Source of the DNA: Ylistrum balloti
Lineage: Eukaryota
Length of the DNA: 64,000 nucleotides
Direction of reading: 5' to 3'
Assembly (NCBI RefSeq): GCF_031769215.1
Contig: NW_026782932.1
Coordinates: 62,001-126,000 of the forward strand
Shown piece by piece: positions 48,325 to 60,986 of this stretch. A program made the position numbers and the translations under genes. How positions within the stretch are numbered: the first letter of the stretch is position 1; every line of letters starts with the position of its first letter. Below the pieces are notes generated by a model. It saw only the letters and a program-made list of their open reading frames with translations. It was not told the DNA's origin and did no database searches.

Positions 48325-50742
48325 AGTGATATACAGAACATGTAACATATAGGGGAGATAGTGATATACAGAACATGTAACATGTAGGGGGGATAATGAT
48401 ATAAAGAACATGTAACGTATAGGGGAGATAGTGATATACAGAACATGTAACATGTAGGGGAGATAATGATATAAAGAACATGTAACATGTAGGGGAGATA
48501 ATGATATATAGAACATGTAACATGTAGGGGAGATAATGATATATAGTGCATGTAACATGTAGGGGAGATAATGATATATAGAACATGTAACATGTAGGGG
48601 AGATAATGATATATAAAACATGTAACATGTAGGGGAGATAATGATATATATTACATGTAACATGTAGGGGAGATAATGATATATAGAACATGTAAAATGT
48701 GGGGGAGATAATTATATATTTTACATATAGGGGAGATAATGATATATAGAACATGTAACATGTAGGGGGAGATAATGATATATAGAACATGTAACATGTA
48801 GGGGAGATAATGATATATAGAACATGTAACATGTAGGGGAGATAATGATATATAGTACATGTAGGGGAGATAATGATATATAGAACATGTAACATGTAGG
48901 GGAGATAATGATATATAGAACATGTAACATGTAGGGGAGATAATGATATATAGAACATGTAACATGTAGGGGAGATAATAATATATAGAACATGTAACAT
49001 GTAGGGGAGATAATGATATATAGTACATGTAGGGGAGATAATGATATATAGAACATGTAACATGTAGGGGAGATAATGATATATAGAACATGTAACATGT
49101 AGGGGAGATAATGATATATAGTACATGTAGGGGAGATAATGATATATAGAACATGTAACATGTAGGGGAGATAATGATATATAGAACATGTAACATGTAG
49201 GGGAGATAATGATATATAGAACATGTAGGGGAGATAATGATATATAGAACATGTAACATGTAGGGGAGATAATGATATATAGAACATGTAACATGTAGGG
49301 GAGATAATGATATATAGAACATGTAACATGTAGGGGAGATAATGATATATAGAACATGTAGCATGTAGGGGAGATAATGATATATAGAACATGTAACATG
49401 TAGGGGAGATAATGATATATAGTACATGTAGGGGAGATAATGATATATAGAACATGTAACATGTAGGGGAGATAATGATATATAGAACATGTAACATGTA
49501 GGGGAGAAAATGATATATAAAATATGTAACATGTAGGGGAGATAATGATATATAAAATATGTAACATGTAGGGGAGATAATGATATAAAGAACATGTAAC
49601 ATGTAGGGGAGAAAATGATATATAGAACATGTAACATGTAGGGGAGAAAATGATATATAAAATATGTAACATGTAGGGGAGATAATGATATATAGAACAT
49701 GTAAAATGTGGGGGAGATAATGATATATAGTACATATAGGGGAGATAATGATATATAGAACATGTAACATGTAGGGGGAGATAATGATATATAAAATATG
49801 TAACATGTAGGGGAGATAATGATATATAAAATATGTAACATGTTGGGGAGATAATGATATAAAGAACATGTAACATGTAGGGGAGAAAATGATATATAGA
49901 ACATGTAAAATGTGGGGGAGATAATGATATATAGTACATATAGGGGAGATAATGATATATAGAACATGTAACATGTAGGGGAGAAAATGATATATAAAAT
50001 ATGTAACATGTAGGGGAGATAATGATATATAAAATATGTAACATGTAGGGGAGATAATGATATAAATAACATGTAACATGTAGGGGAGAAAATGATATAT
50101 AGAACATGTAACATGTAGGGGAGAAAATTATATATAAAAAATGTAACATGTAGGGGAGATAATGATATATAGAACATGTAAAATGTAGGGGAGATAATGA
50201 TATATAAAATATGTAACATGTAGGGGAGATAATGATATATAGAACATGTAACATGTAGGGGAGATAATGATATATAGTACATGTAGGGGAGATAATGATA
50301 TATAGAAGATGTAACATGTAGGGGAGATAATGATATATAGAACATGTAAAATGTAGGGGAGATAATGATATATAAAACATGTAACGTGTAGGGGAGATAA
50401 TGATATATAGAACATGTAACATGTAGGGGAGATATTGATATATAGAACATGTAACATGTAGGGGAGATATTGATATATAGAACATGTAACATGTAGGGGA
50501 GATAATGATTTACAGTAAATGTAACATGTAGGGGAGATATTGATATATAGAACATGTAACATGTAGGGGAGATATTGATATATAGAACATGTAACATGTA
50601 GGGGAGATAATGATTTACAGTAAATGTAACATGTAGGGGAGATAATGATATATAGAACATGTAACATGTAGGGGAGATAATGATATATAGAACATGTAAC
50701 ATGTAGGGGAGATAATGATATATAGTACATGTAACATGTACT
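48325..50742. repeat. 35-bp minisatellite (with 28-bp variants), ~70 copies, in GATD3 intron 3
   Basis: Unit aggggagataatgatatatagaacatgtaacatgt. The minus strand has no stops in any frame, which produces the spurious 452-740 aa ORFs. Confidence 0.97.
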
Positions 50743-50793
50743 TGAATTAAGGGAAATAATATTTCCATTAATTAGAACATCTCTTTCCATCAG

Positions 50794-50913
50794 AAATGTA
50801 CTGGTAGAATCTGCAAGAATAGCCAGAGGGAAAATTGATGCTTTATCAAACTTAGATTCCTCCAAATTTGATGCTGTCATCCTACCTGGTGGATTTGGAG
50901 CTGCCAAAAATTT
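50794..50913 (+). CDS. GATD3: GATD3 exon 4 ([12 protein letters not shown]...[15 protein letters not shown])
   Basis: DJ-1/PfpI family [10 protein letters not shown] motif; catcag / GTGAGC boundaries. Confidence 0.93.
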
Positions 50914-51224
50914 GTGAGCTGTACTCTTTGTTATTTCTTATCTAATATATCTAAATTTTACAAGTGTACGAAATTTATGAGATTCCAATGTAAATCTTGT
51001 CAGTTTTGTACTCTCATTAAAAGAATGGAAAATCAGGCTGTATAATAAGACTTCAACATACACATAAGATCAAATAAAAATTCTTACAAAAGCTGCCTCT
51101 GTCAACACTATGAAGTGAATTGATCAAAATCAAAGGTGAGATTTAAGCCACATGACAAAATGCAGAGGGCAAAGCTGAAGGTCCCTTGTAATCTTTTATA
51201 GGTCATTTCTTTCATCATTGTGCG

Positions 51225-51970
51225 CCATGTGCTGTTGACGATCTGCCATGCATAAACTTTTCATTCAAATGACTTCTTTTCAATAACAAGAAGGCTCAGG
51301 GTACTGATAATTGGGCCTGTAGCATGATGGGATGAAGGACTACAAACTTTGTGAATATAAATGACCTTGATGTACTTTCATGGTCACAGGGGTCAAATAT
51401 GTCAAAATCTTTAAACAACTTCTTCTCAATAACAAAATGGCCCATGGTGCTGGTATTGAGTCTGTAGCATGATAAGATGAAGGAATACAAACTATGTTAA
51501 CATGAATGACATATTATACCTGCTTGTAAGGTCAAAGGTGTCAAATATTTTTAAACAACATCTCCTAGATAACCAAAAGGCACATGGAGCTTACATTTGG
51601 ACTGTAGCATGCTGGAATAAATGGTTTTTAAATTTTGTTAATATGAATGACCTTGACCTACTTTCAATGTTACAAGAGGCAAATATGTTAAAATCTTTAA
51701 AGAACTTCTCAATAACCAAAAGGCCAAGAGTCTTGATATTGAGCCTGTAGTTTGCTTTTTTTAACAAGCAATATGTCCGAAGTAATGGAATTTGTGTTGT
51801 GCATGTATAAAAACTATGCATGTTTACAGAAAATGTCTTTAGGAACAAACCAATGTCTTCTATGTAAAGTTGTAGTGTATTTTAGCAGTTCATTTTAGGC
51901 CTATTTGGTCTCTTTCATGTTTAGGTCTTTAAAGTCAGATGACCCCTAAATCCCACTGGCCTCTTGTTGT
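51225..51970 (+). mobile_element. Copy of the 33.7-kb element family in GATD3 intron 4
   Basis: Same ~105-bp modules and terminal 'ggcctcttgtt'. Confidence 0.7.
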
Positions 51971-52364
51971 TAACATTATAATGAAACAGTTGAATGAATT
52001 TCAATGCTTATAATCATTTGATTAAGGGTCAATGGTCAGGGTGAAATTTTCTAGTTTTTGTTAGAAAAATATTTTGTTTTTATATTAGGAAATAGAGATG
52101 ACCAAAATCAAATGAGGAATAATTGAGTGCCAAATGTTAGTATCTTTATATCAAATGAAAAAGGTTTAATCAAGTAATAATTAATATCTTTAAGTCATTA
52201 GAAGGAAATTGTTGAAGAATCACTTGTTCTAAACCTCAAGGTTTTCAAGACAAGTATCAAGCTGTAGTATAAAAAAATCACGAAATAACTCAGCATATTT
52301 ACTTAAATAAAGAGAGGCATAATTTTCATTACAGTTCTTGCATATGTTATGTTCCATTTCATAG

Positions 52365-52460
52365 GTGTACATTTGCAGTAGATGGAGCTGGTGGTATGAA
52401 GGTTGAGAAGGATGTTCAAAGAGTTATAGCAGACTTCCACAAGGAGAGCAAACCCATTGG
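52365..52460 (+). CDS. GATD3: GATD3 exon 5 (CTFAVDG...DFHKESKPIG)
   Basis: ttcatag / GTATGA boundaries; 96 nt; KPIG precedes the catalytic-elbow LCCIAP. Confidence 0.92.
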
Positions 52461-52564
52461 GTATGATGAAAAACATTTCAAATTTGTCAGGTCTGGTAAA
52501 ATGAAGTAGTTTAGATAAAGCCCAGTAAGTAATATTTGTATCTGGTAATGCTTCATGTGGTAAT

Positions 52565-55500
52565 GCCCCTGTCCTGACTGTATGATGGAAGTGCAGGTTT
52601 ATGTTTCAGACTGTGTTGTATCGCCCCTGTCCTGGCTGTATGATGGAAGTGCAGGTTTATGTTTCAGACTGTGTTGTATCGCCCCTGTCCTGGCTGTATG
52701 ATGGAAGTGCAGGTTTATGTTTCAGACTGTGTTGTATCGCCCCTGTCCTGGCTGTATGATGGAAGTGCAGGTTTATGTTTCAGACTGTGTTGTATCGCCC
52801 CTGTCCTGGCTGTATGATGGAAGTGCAGGTTTATGTTTCAGACTGTGTTGTATCGCCCCTGTCCTGGCTGTATGATGGAAGTGCAGGTTTATGTTTCAGA
52901 CTGTGTTGTATCGCCCCTGTCCTGGCTGTATGATGGAAGTGCAGGTTTATGTTTCAGACTGTGTTGTATCGCCCTTGTCCTGGCTGTATGATGGAAGTGC
53001 AGGTTTATGTTTTAGACTGTGTTGTACCTGACTGTATGATGGAAGTGCAGGTTTATGTTTCAGACTGTGTTGTATCGCCCCTGTCCTGGCTGTATGGTGG
53101 AAGTGCAGGTTTATGTTTCAGACTGTGTTGTATCGCCCCTGTCCTGGCTGTATGATGGAAGTGCAGGTTTATGTTTCAGACTGTGTTGTATCGCCCCTGT
53201 CCTGGCTGTATGATGGAAGTGCAGGTTTATGTTTCAGACTGTGTTGTATCGCCCTTGTCCTGGCTGTATGATGGAAGTGGACTGTGTTGTATGACTGTAT
53301 GATGGAAGTGCAGGTTTATGTTTCAGACTGTGTTGTATCGCCCCTGTCCTGGCTGTATGATGGAAGTGCAGGTTTATGTTTCAGACTGTGTTGTTTCAGA
53401 TCGCCCCTGTCCTGGCTGTATGATGGAAGTGCAGGTTTATGTTTCAGACTGTGTTGTATCGCCCCTGTCCTGACTGTATGATGGAAGTGCAGGTTTATGT
53501 TTCAGACTGTGTTGTAGCCCCTGTCCTGGCTGTATGGTGGAAGTGCAGGTTTATGTTTCAGACTGTGTTGTATCGCCCCTGTCCTGGCTGTATGATGGAA
53601 GTGCAGATTTATGTTTCAGACTGTGTTGTATCGCCCCTGTCCTGACTGTATGGTGGAAGTGCAGGTTTATGTTTCAGACTGTGTTGTATCGCCCCTGTCC
53701 TGGCTGTATGGTGGAAGTGCAGGTTTATGTTTCAGACTGTGTGGAAGTGCAGGTTTATGTTTCAGACTGTGTTGTATCGCCCCTTTCCTGACTGTATGAT
53801 GGAAGTGCAGGTTGATGTTTCAGACTGTGTTGTATCGCCCCCTGTCCTGGCTGTATGATGGAAGTGCAGGTTTATGTTTCAGACTGTGTTGTACCTGACT
53901 GTATGATGGAAGTGCAGGTTTATGTTTCAGACTGTGTTGTATCGCCCCTGTCCTGGCTGTATGATGGAAGTGCAGGTTTATGTTTCAGACTGTGTTGTAC
54001 CTGGCTGTATGATGGAAGTGCAGGTTTATGTTTCAGACTGTGTTGTATCGCCCCTGTCCTGGCTGTATGATGGAAGTGCAGGTTTATGTTTCAGACTGTG
54101 TTGTATCGCCCCTGTCCTGGCTGTATGATGGAAGTGCAGGTTTATGTTTCAGACTGTGTTGTACCTGACTGTATGATGGAAGTGCAGGTTTATGTTTCAG
54201 ACTGTGTTGTATCGCCCCCTGTCCTGGCTGTATGGTGGAAGTGCAGGTTTATGTTTCAGACTGTGTTGTATCGCCCCTGTCCTGACTGTATGGTGGAAGT
54301 GCAGGTTTATGTTTCAGACTGTGTTGTATCGCCCCTTTCCTGACTGTATGATGGAAGTGCAGGTTGATGTTTCAGACTGTGTTGTATCGCCCCCTGTCCT
54401 GGCTGTATGATGGAAGTGCAGGTTTATGTTTCAGACTGTGTTGTACCTGAGTGTATGTTGGAAGTTCAGGTTTATGTTTCAGAATGTGTTGTCGCCCCCT
54501 GCCCTGGCTGTATGGTGGAAGTGCAGGTTTATGTTTCAGACTGTGTTGTATCGCCCCTGTCCTGGCTGTATGATGGAAGTGCAGGTTTATGTTTCAGACT
54601 GTGTTGTATCGCCCCTGTCCTGACTGTATGGTGGAAGTGCAGGTTTATGTTTCAGACTGTGTTGTATCGCCCCTGTCCTGGCTGTATGGTGGAAGTGCAG
54701 GTTTATGTTTCAGACTGTGTTGTATCGCCCCTGTCCTGACTGTATGATGGAAGTGCAGGTTTATGTTTCAGACTGTGTTGTATTGCCCCCTGTCCTGGCT
54801 GTATGATGGAAGTGCAGGTTTATGTTTTAGACTGTGTGGTATCACCCCTGTCCTGGCTGTATGATGGAAGTGTAGGTTTATGTTTCAGACTGTGTTGTAT
54901 CGCCCCTGTCCTGGCTGTATGATGGAAGTGCAGATTTATGTTTCAGACTGTGTTGTATCGCCCCTGTCCTGACTGTATGGTGGAAGTGCAGGTTTATGTT
55001 TCAGACTGTGTTGTATCGCCCCTGTCCTGGCTGTATGGTGGAAGTGCAGGTTTATGTTTCAGACTGTGTTGTATCGCCCCTGTCCTGACTGTATGGTGGA
55101 AGTGCAGGTTTATGTTTCAGACTGTGTTGTATCGCCCCTGTCCTGACTGTATGATGGAAGTGCAGGTTAATGTTTCAGACTGTGTTGTATCGCCCCCTGT
55201 CCTGGCTGTATGATGGAAGTGCAGGTTTATGTTTCAGACTGTGTTGTACCTGACTGTATGATGGAAGTGCAGGTTTATGTTTCAGACTGTGTTGTATCGC
55301 CCCTGTCCTGACTGTATGATGGAAGTGCAGGTTTATGTTTCAGACTGTGTTGTATTGCCCCCTGTCCTGGCTGTATGATGGAAGTGCAGGTTTATGTCTT
55401 AGACTGTGTGGTATCGCCCCTGTCCTGGCTGTATGATGGAAGTGTAGGTTTATGTTTCAGACTGTGTTGTATCGTCCCTGTCCTGACTGTATGATGGAAG

Positions 55501-55707
55501 TGCAGGTTTATGTTTTTGACTGTGTTGTATCACCCCTGTCCTGGCTGTATGATGGAAGTGCAGGTTTATGTTTCAGACTGTGTTGTACCTGACTGTATGG
55601 TGGAAGTGCAGGTTTATGTTTCAGACTGTTGTATCGCCCCTGTCCTGATTGTATGATGGAAGTGCAGGTTTATGTTTCAGACTGTGTTGTATCGCTCCTG
55701 TCCTGGC
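52565..55707. repeat. 58-bp minisatellite, ~54 copies; unit = last 31 nt of intron 5 plus first 27 nt of GATD3 exon 6
   Basis: Unit tgtatgatggaagtgcaggtttatgtttcag|actgtgttgtatcgcccctgtcctggc. The real exon starts actgtgttgtatcgctcctgtcctggc (26/27 identical). Confidence 0.97.
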
Positions 55708-55837
55708 AGCAAAGCTGGTGCCAGGTTGTGAAGTGACTGTAGGATCAGATCAGGAGGAAGGAGGGCGTTGGCCGTATGCAGGAACAGCTGGTGCTATAGA
55801 CTCGATGGGATCCAAACACATCAAGAAAAATGTCACT
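55681..55837 (+). CDS. GATD3: GATD3 exon 6 ([21 protein letters not shown]...[10 protein letters not shown]...KKNVT)
   Basis: ES1 motifs [12 protein letters not shown] and WPYAG. Only the last repeat acceptor (55680) gives the conserved frame without an insertion. Confidence 0.92.
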
Positions 55838-56266
55838 GTATCCTTTTACTGTACTGTACCAACTGTGGTAGTTGTTTTTTTTTTAACATTGGTAGTCCTG
55901 ATTTGAATAAGGCCCAACAGCCATGTATGTAACAGTTTGTGGTCAGTGTTATAACATTTCCTTCTTAATACACAGGAATTTTAAAATGTTTAAATATTCA
56001 GCTCTTAAAATTGATTGATCAAGATTTTACTTTACCACTTTCCAATAACTAATTGTTATTCACTGACCCAGTGTTCCAATGGAAGCCTTGAGAAAAATCA
56101 AATGTCTGCATCATAGTGTTTGTATATCTGATGTTTTATCCCTCAAAATGGGAAGATCTTTCATGATAGTGTGGTACAAATAAATATGTTGTACCTATTC
56201 ATCAGCAGTATTGGTGACCCTCATACTTTATGATCACTCTAGCGATTTTCCCTTAACTCTAACCAG
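55838..56266 (+). other. U12-type (minor spliceosome) GT-AG intron
   Basis: 5' site GTATCCTTT; branch-point CCTTAAC at 56251-56257, ending 9 nt before the intron end; no long polypyrimidine tract. Phase 0 gives a continuous ES1 frame. Confidence 0.88.
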
Positions 56267-56407
56267 GATTTTCATGTGGATGAGAAGAATAAGATAGTAA
56301 CTACACCAGCCTTCATGTGTGAAACCGGTCTCCATGAAATTTTTGATGGTATCGGGAAAATGGTAGAAAATGTTCTATCTTTGGCCAACACTAAAAGCAA
56401 AATATAG
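56267..56407 (+). CDS. GATD3: GATD3 exon 7 ([20 protein letters not shown]...[19 protein letters not shown])
   Basis: ES1 C-terminal motif [15 protein letters not shown]. The joined model is 265 aa. Confidence 0.93.
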   Translation, partial: DFHVDEKNKIVTTPAFMCETGLHEIFDGIGKMVENVLSLANTKSKI

Positions 56408-56901
56408 AAGAGGCATGCATGTAAATTAAGATCAACGTTGGGAGTATAAACACATCTACCTAGAGACAATGCACTAGACATCAATATGTGGTGCACAAAA
56501 CTATCCTTTATATTACTACATTGTGTAATCTTGTCCAGAGAAAAAGGATTTAAAAATCAACCGGCATTGGTCCTTCTTCTGCACTCTCAGTCACAACCAG
56601 CTGGAATATTGGGTTGGACAGTTGGACTACATGTAGCTGTATTACTAACAAGACTGTACTGTCTTATGATTTTGTGTAACAACATTTCACAACTTGTATT
56701 TGACACAGGTTTAGCTAACAAAGATAGAATCATGCCTTACAATATACTTCAGTTTTACAATTTTTTCCTTATACTGCTATCATACTACTAAACTTTAACA
56801 ACTTTTATATTGAGATGTACACAAGATCTGATGTTTTTCAGATGTCCATGAAAAACTTAAGAAATGAAGGAATGTTGAATATGCTAGTGTATACAATAAT
56901 T

Positions 56902-56983
56902 AATAAAGTTGTGGTGGAGATTGATCATTGTTTGGTATACTTTGCAATACATCAAAAACATTTTCTCTGTACAAGAGTTTATT
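56902..56983. terminator. Convergent polyadenylation signals: AATAAA (+) at 56902 and AATAAA (-) at 56978-56983
   Basis: Both hexamers are seen directly between the convergent 3' ends. Confidence 0.4.
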
Positions 56984-57409
56984 TCATTTATTTCATACAG
57001 TAATTTAGTTTTATATAAAGTCAACTAAGTAAAAGATTAATTGTTGTATAAACATGAAGTACTTTTAATGGTGATATATATATATATCACCTCATTAGAA
57101 TCAATGCCCCACCCCCCAATCCCCAGGTCCTTCATCCTCTTCATTCACCATCATATTCTTTTCAAGAGTTAAATATGAAAATATAAACATAAAGTATGCA
57201 TTCATCAGACTTCATCATTATTTCTATTTGCTTTAGAATCAGTGTTGTAGGTTAATACTTCCATCTCCAGGAATTTGAGCCAGGTCTGTCTTGTCCATTG
57301 CACAATTTTGCTCCTCTAGTTTGATCAGGCTTCCTATCTGCTTTGATAAAGCATGTAATGACTGTTGAAAAGTTATAGTATACCCACAGTTACATAACTA
57401 CTACTACTT

Positions 57410-57502
57410 TCACGGAGATCCTTCTTCTGCCACTTTGTGAACTTTGTTGATTCTTCCAATGAGAATATTTTCCTTTTCCCGAAGTTTTGCTGCAATGTCA
57501 CT
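57410..57502 (-). CDS. 3' coding exon of an unidentified gene (SDIAAKLREKENILIGRINKVHKVAEEGSP*)
   Basis: Strong acceptor tttttcttttcag; phase 0 matches the upstream exon donor at 60854. The true C-terminus is uncertain. Confidence 0.6.
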   Translation of the reverse strand, partial: SDIAAKLREKENILIGRINKVHKVAEEGSP

Positions 57503-57929
57503 CTGAAAAGAAAAATTAATGTGATAGTTTCCTGTGATTTTGCTTCTTATGCAAGTATTATTCCAATGACTTAATATGCACATTAAAGCAAAACAAGAAT
57601 ACCAAGAGTGCAGTGAGGAATAATATATGCCTTTCCCATGCTGAAAGAGAAATATGTTGTAGTATTGTAGTAGTGAATAGAGATATGGAAATGAAACAAA
57701 AACTGCAAAAGGAAAATGGCACGTTGAAAGCAAAGTTGAATGGGAGTGCTAATAATCATGTTATTGTGATTTGGTAACAGCATACAAAGTTTTAAGTAGA
57801 TCAGTTGGGATCAGAAGTAGATCTCCAGATAAGAATCAAATGAAAAAAAAAAAAAAATAAATAAAAACAGAAAAAAAGAATCATTGAATCAAACTTCCTA
57901 ACTTCCAAACTTTGCAAGGGTCAGGATGA

Positions 57930-58590
57930 CCTATAGCCATCATGTTTCGTTTGTCTTCATGCATAAACTTTCCATTCAAATGACTTCTTCTCAATAACCA
58001 ATATACCCAGTGTGCTGATATTTGGCCAGTAGCATGACTGGATGAAAGGCTACCAAGCTTGTTTAAGGAAAGACCTTGACCAACTTTGAGGGTCACAAGG
58101 GTCAAATATGTAAAAATCGTTGACTTCTCAATAACAATCAAAAGGCCAAGGGTGCTGATATTGGGCTTGTAGCATGCTAGAATGATGGGCTATCAAGTTC
58201 GTTAATTTTATTAAACCTTGACGTACTTTTAAGGTCACAGGGGTCAAATGTGCTGAAGTCTTAAAACAATTTTTTAATTAATAACCAAAAGGGCCAGGGT
58301 GCTGATAATGGGCCTGTAGCATAATGGGATTAATGGCTACCAAAAGTGTTGAAATAAATGTCCTTGACATGCTTTCAAGGCCACAGAGGTCAAATGAGAT
58401 TGTAAAATTTCATTTTCAACAAGTTATATGTCCAGAGTCATGATATTTTTGTTGTTGCAGAAAATATTTTTATGAACTGACAAAGCCTTCTTTTTAAGCT
58501 GTAGAATAGTTGAGCAGTTTAGGTCTATTTGGCCTCTTTCATATATAGATCTGACTGTTAAGGACCATAGGCCTCTTATTAAGTTTGCAT
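57930..58590 (+). mobile_element. Copy of the 33.7-kb element family
   Basis: Same start 'gcataaactttccattcaaatgacttcttctcaataacc', same modules, terminal 'aggcctcttatt'. Confidence 0.7.
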
Positions 58591-58784
58591 GATTAATGTA
58601 TATATCACATTTCATTATCCTAGTTGAAATGTTGGCAAAGTTTTGCTCCAAAATTTTAACAAAGGGCAATTAGATTGCAATTATGAGGTTGCAGGCCCTA
58701 ACATTGTCATTTTCATGGAGCAAAAAAACAGTTGATTATTCAAATTTTCCATAAATGACTAACCCTCATGGGTTAAGTGGCACA

Positions 58785-60866
58785 CCACCATTCAGTACTG
58801 ATTATGTTTACCTGTGATGGGTCTAGTGACACACAGCCATTCAGTACTGATGTTTACCTGTGATTTTTCTAGTGACACACAGCCATTCAGCACTGACAAT
58901 GTTTACCTGTGATCGGTCTAGTGACACACAGCCATTCAGTACTGACAATGTTTACCTGTGATGTATCTAGTGACACACAGCCATTCAGTACTGACAATGT
59001 TTACCTGTGATGTATCTAGTGACACACCCATTCAGTACTGACAATGTTTACCTGTGATGTGTCTAGTGATACACATCAATTCAGTACTGACAATGTTTAC
59101 CTGTGATGGGTCTGATGACACACAGCCATTCAGCACTGACAATGTTTACCTGTGATCGGTCTAGTGACACACAGCCATTCAGTACTGACAATGTTTACCT
59201 GTGATGTATCTAGTGACACACAGCCATTCAGTACTGACAATGTTTACCTGTGATGTATCTAGTAACACACCCATTCAGTACTGACAATGTTTACCTGTGA
59301 TGTGTCTAGTGATACACATCAATTCAGTACTGACAATGTTTACCTGTGATGGGTCTGATGACACACAGCCATTCAGTACTGATAATGTTTACTGTGATGG
59401 GTCTGATGACACACAGCCATTCAGTACTGACAATGTTTACCTGTGAGGGGTCTGACGACACACAGCCATTCATTACCGACAATGTTTACCTGTGATGGGT
59501 CTGATGACACACATCAATTCAGTACTGACAATGTTTACCTGTGATGTATCTAGTGACAAATGGCCATTCAGTACTGACAATGTTTACCTCTGATGGGTGT
59601 GATGACACACAGCCATTCAGTACTGATAATGTTTACCTGTGATGGGTCTGATGACACACAGCCATTCAGCACTGACAATGTTTACCTGTGATCAGTCTAG
59701 TGACACACAGCCATTCAGTACTGACAATGTTTACCTGTGATGTATCTAGTGACACACCCATTCAGTACTGACAATGTTTACCTGTGATGTATCTAGTGAC
59801 ACACCCATTCAGTACTGACAATGTTTACCTGTGATGTGTCTAGTGATACACATCAATTCAGTACTGACAATGTTTACCTGTGATGGGTCTGATGACACAC
59901 AGCCATTCAGTACTGATAATGTTTACTGTGATGGGTCTGATGACACACAGCCATTCAGTACTGACAATGTTTACCTGTGAGGGGTCTGACGACACACAGC
60001 CATTCAGTACCGACAATGTTTACCTGTGATGGGTCTGATGACACACATCAATTCAGTACTGACAATGTTTACCTGTGATGTATCTAGTGACAAATGGCCA
60101 TTCAGTACTGACAATGTTTACCTCTGATGGGTCTGACGACACACAGCCATTCAGTACTGACAATGTTTACCTGTGATGTGTCTTATGACACACAGCCATT
60201 CAGTACTGACAATGTTTACCTCTGATGGGTCTGACGACACACAGCCATTCAGTACTGACAATGTTTACCTGTGATGTATCTAGTAGCACACCACCATTCA
60301 GTACTGACAATGTTTACCTGTGATGTGTCTAGTGACACAAAGCCATTCAGTATTGACAATGTTTACCTGTGATGGGTGTGATGACACACAGCCATTCAGT
60401 ACTGACAATGTTTACCTGTGATGTATCTAGTGACACACAGCCATTCAGTATTGACAATGTTTACCTGTGATGGGTGTGATGACACACAGCCATTCAGTAC
60501 TGATAATGTTTACCTGTGATGGGTGTGATGACACACAGCCATTCAGTACTGATAATGTTTACCTGTGATGGGTCTGATGACACACAGCCATTCAGTACTG
60601 ACAATGTTTACCTGTGAGGGGTCTGACGACACACAGCCATTCAGTACCGACAATGTTTACCTGTGATGGGTCTGATGACACACATCAATTCTGTACTGAC
60701 AATGTTTACCTGTGATGGGTCTGATGACACACAGCCATTCAGTTCTGACAATGTTTTACTTGTGATGGGTCTGATGACATACAGCCATTCAGTACTGACG
60801 TTTACCTGTAATGGGTGTGATGACACACACCCATTCAGTAATGACAATGTTTACCTGTAACGGGTC
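58785..60866. repeat. 49-bp minisatellite, ~42 copies; each unit contains an exon end plus splice donor on the minus strand
   Basis: The minus-strand unit contains GACCCATCACAG|GTAAACATTG; the real junction is GACCCGTTACAG|GTAAACATTG. Confidence 0.96.
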
Positions 60867-60986
60867 CAGTAGCTCTTTTGCTACACTCTCTATGACCTGT
60901 CGTACATCATCTACTGTGAGTTCAGAGAAAATGTCTGTGTCCAATTTAGTCTCCAAGTCCTCCATTGCTTTGTCTCCTTCATCCAC
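60855..60986 (-). CDS. Internal exon of the unidentified gene (VDEGDKAMEDLETKLDTDIFSELTVDDVRQVIESVAKELLDPLQ)
   Basis: Helical, protein-like composition; acceptor atttcag (an alternative acceptor would start the exon at 61003); donor CAG|GTAAAC; 132 nt, phase 0. Confidence 0.65.

Noticed and set aside
48115-50768. Very long minus-strand ORFs (452, 705 and 740 aa)
   Set aside because: They are translations of a 35-bp satellite that has no stops on that strand; all three frames are open, and the region is antisense within GATD3 intron 3.
52565-60866. CRISPR-like appearance of the regular arrays
   Set aside because: Units are head-to-tail with no unique spacers, there are no cas genes, and the context is a spliced eukaryotic locus.
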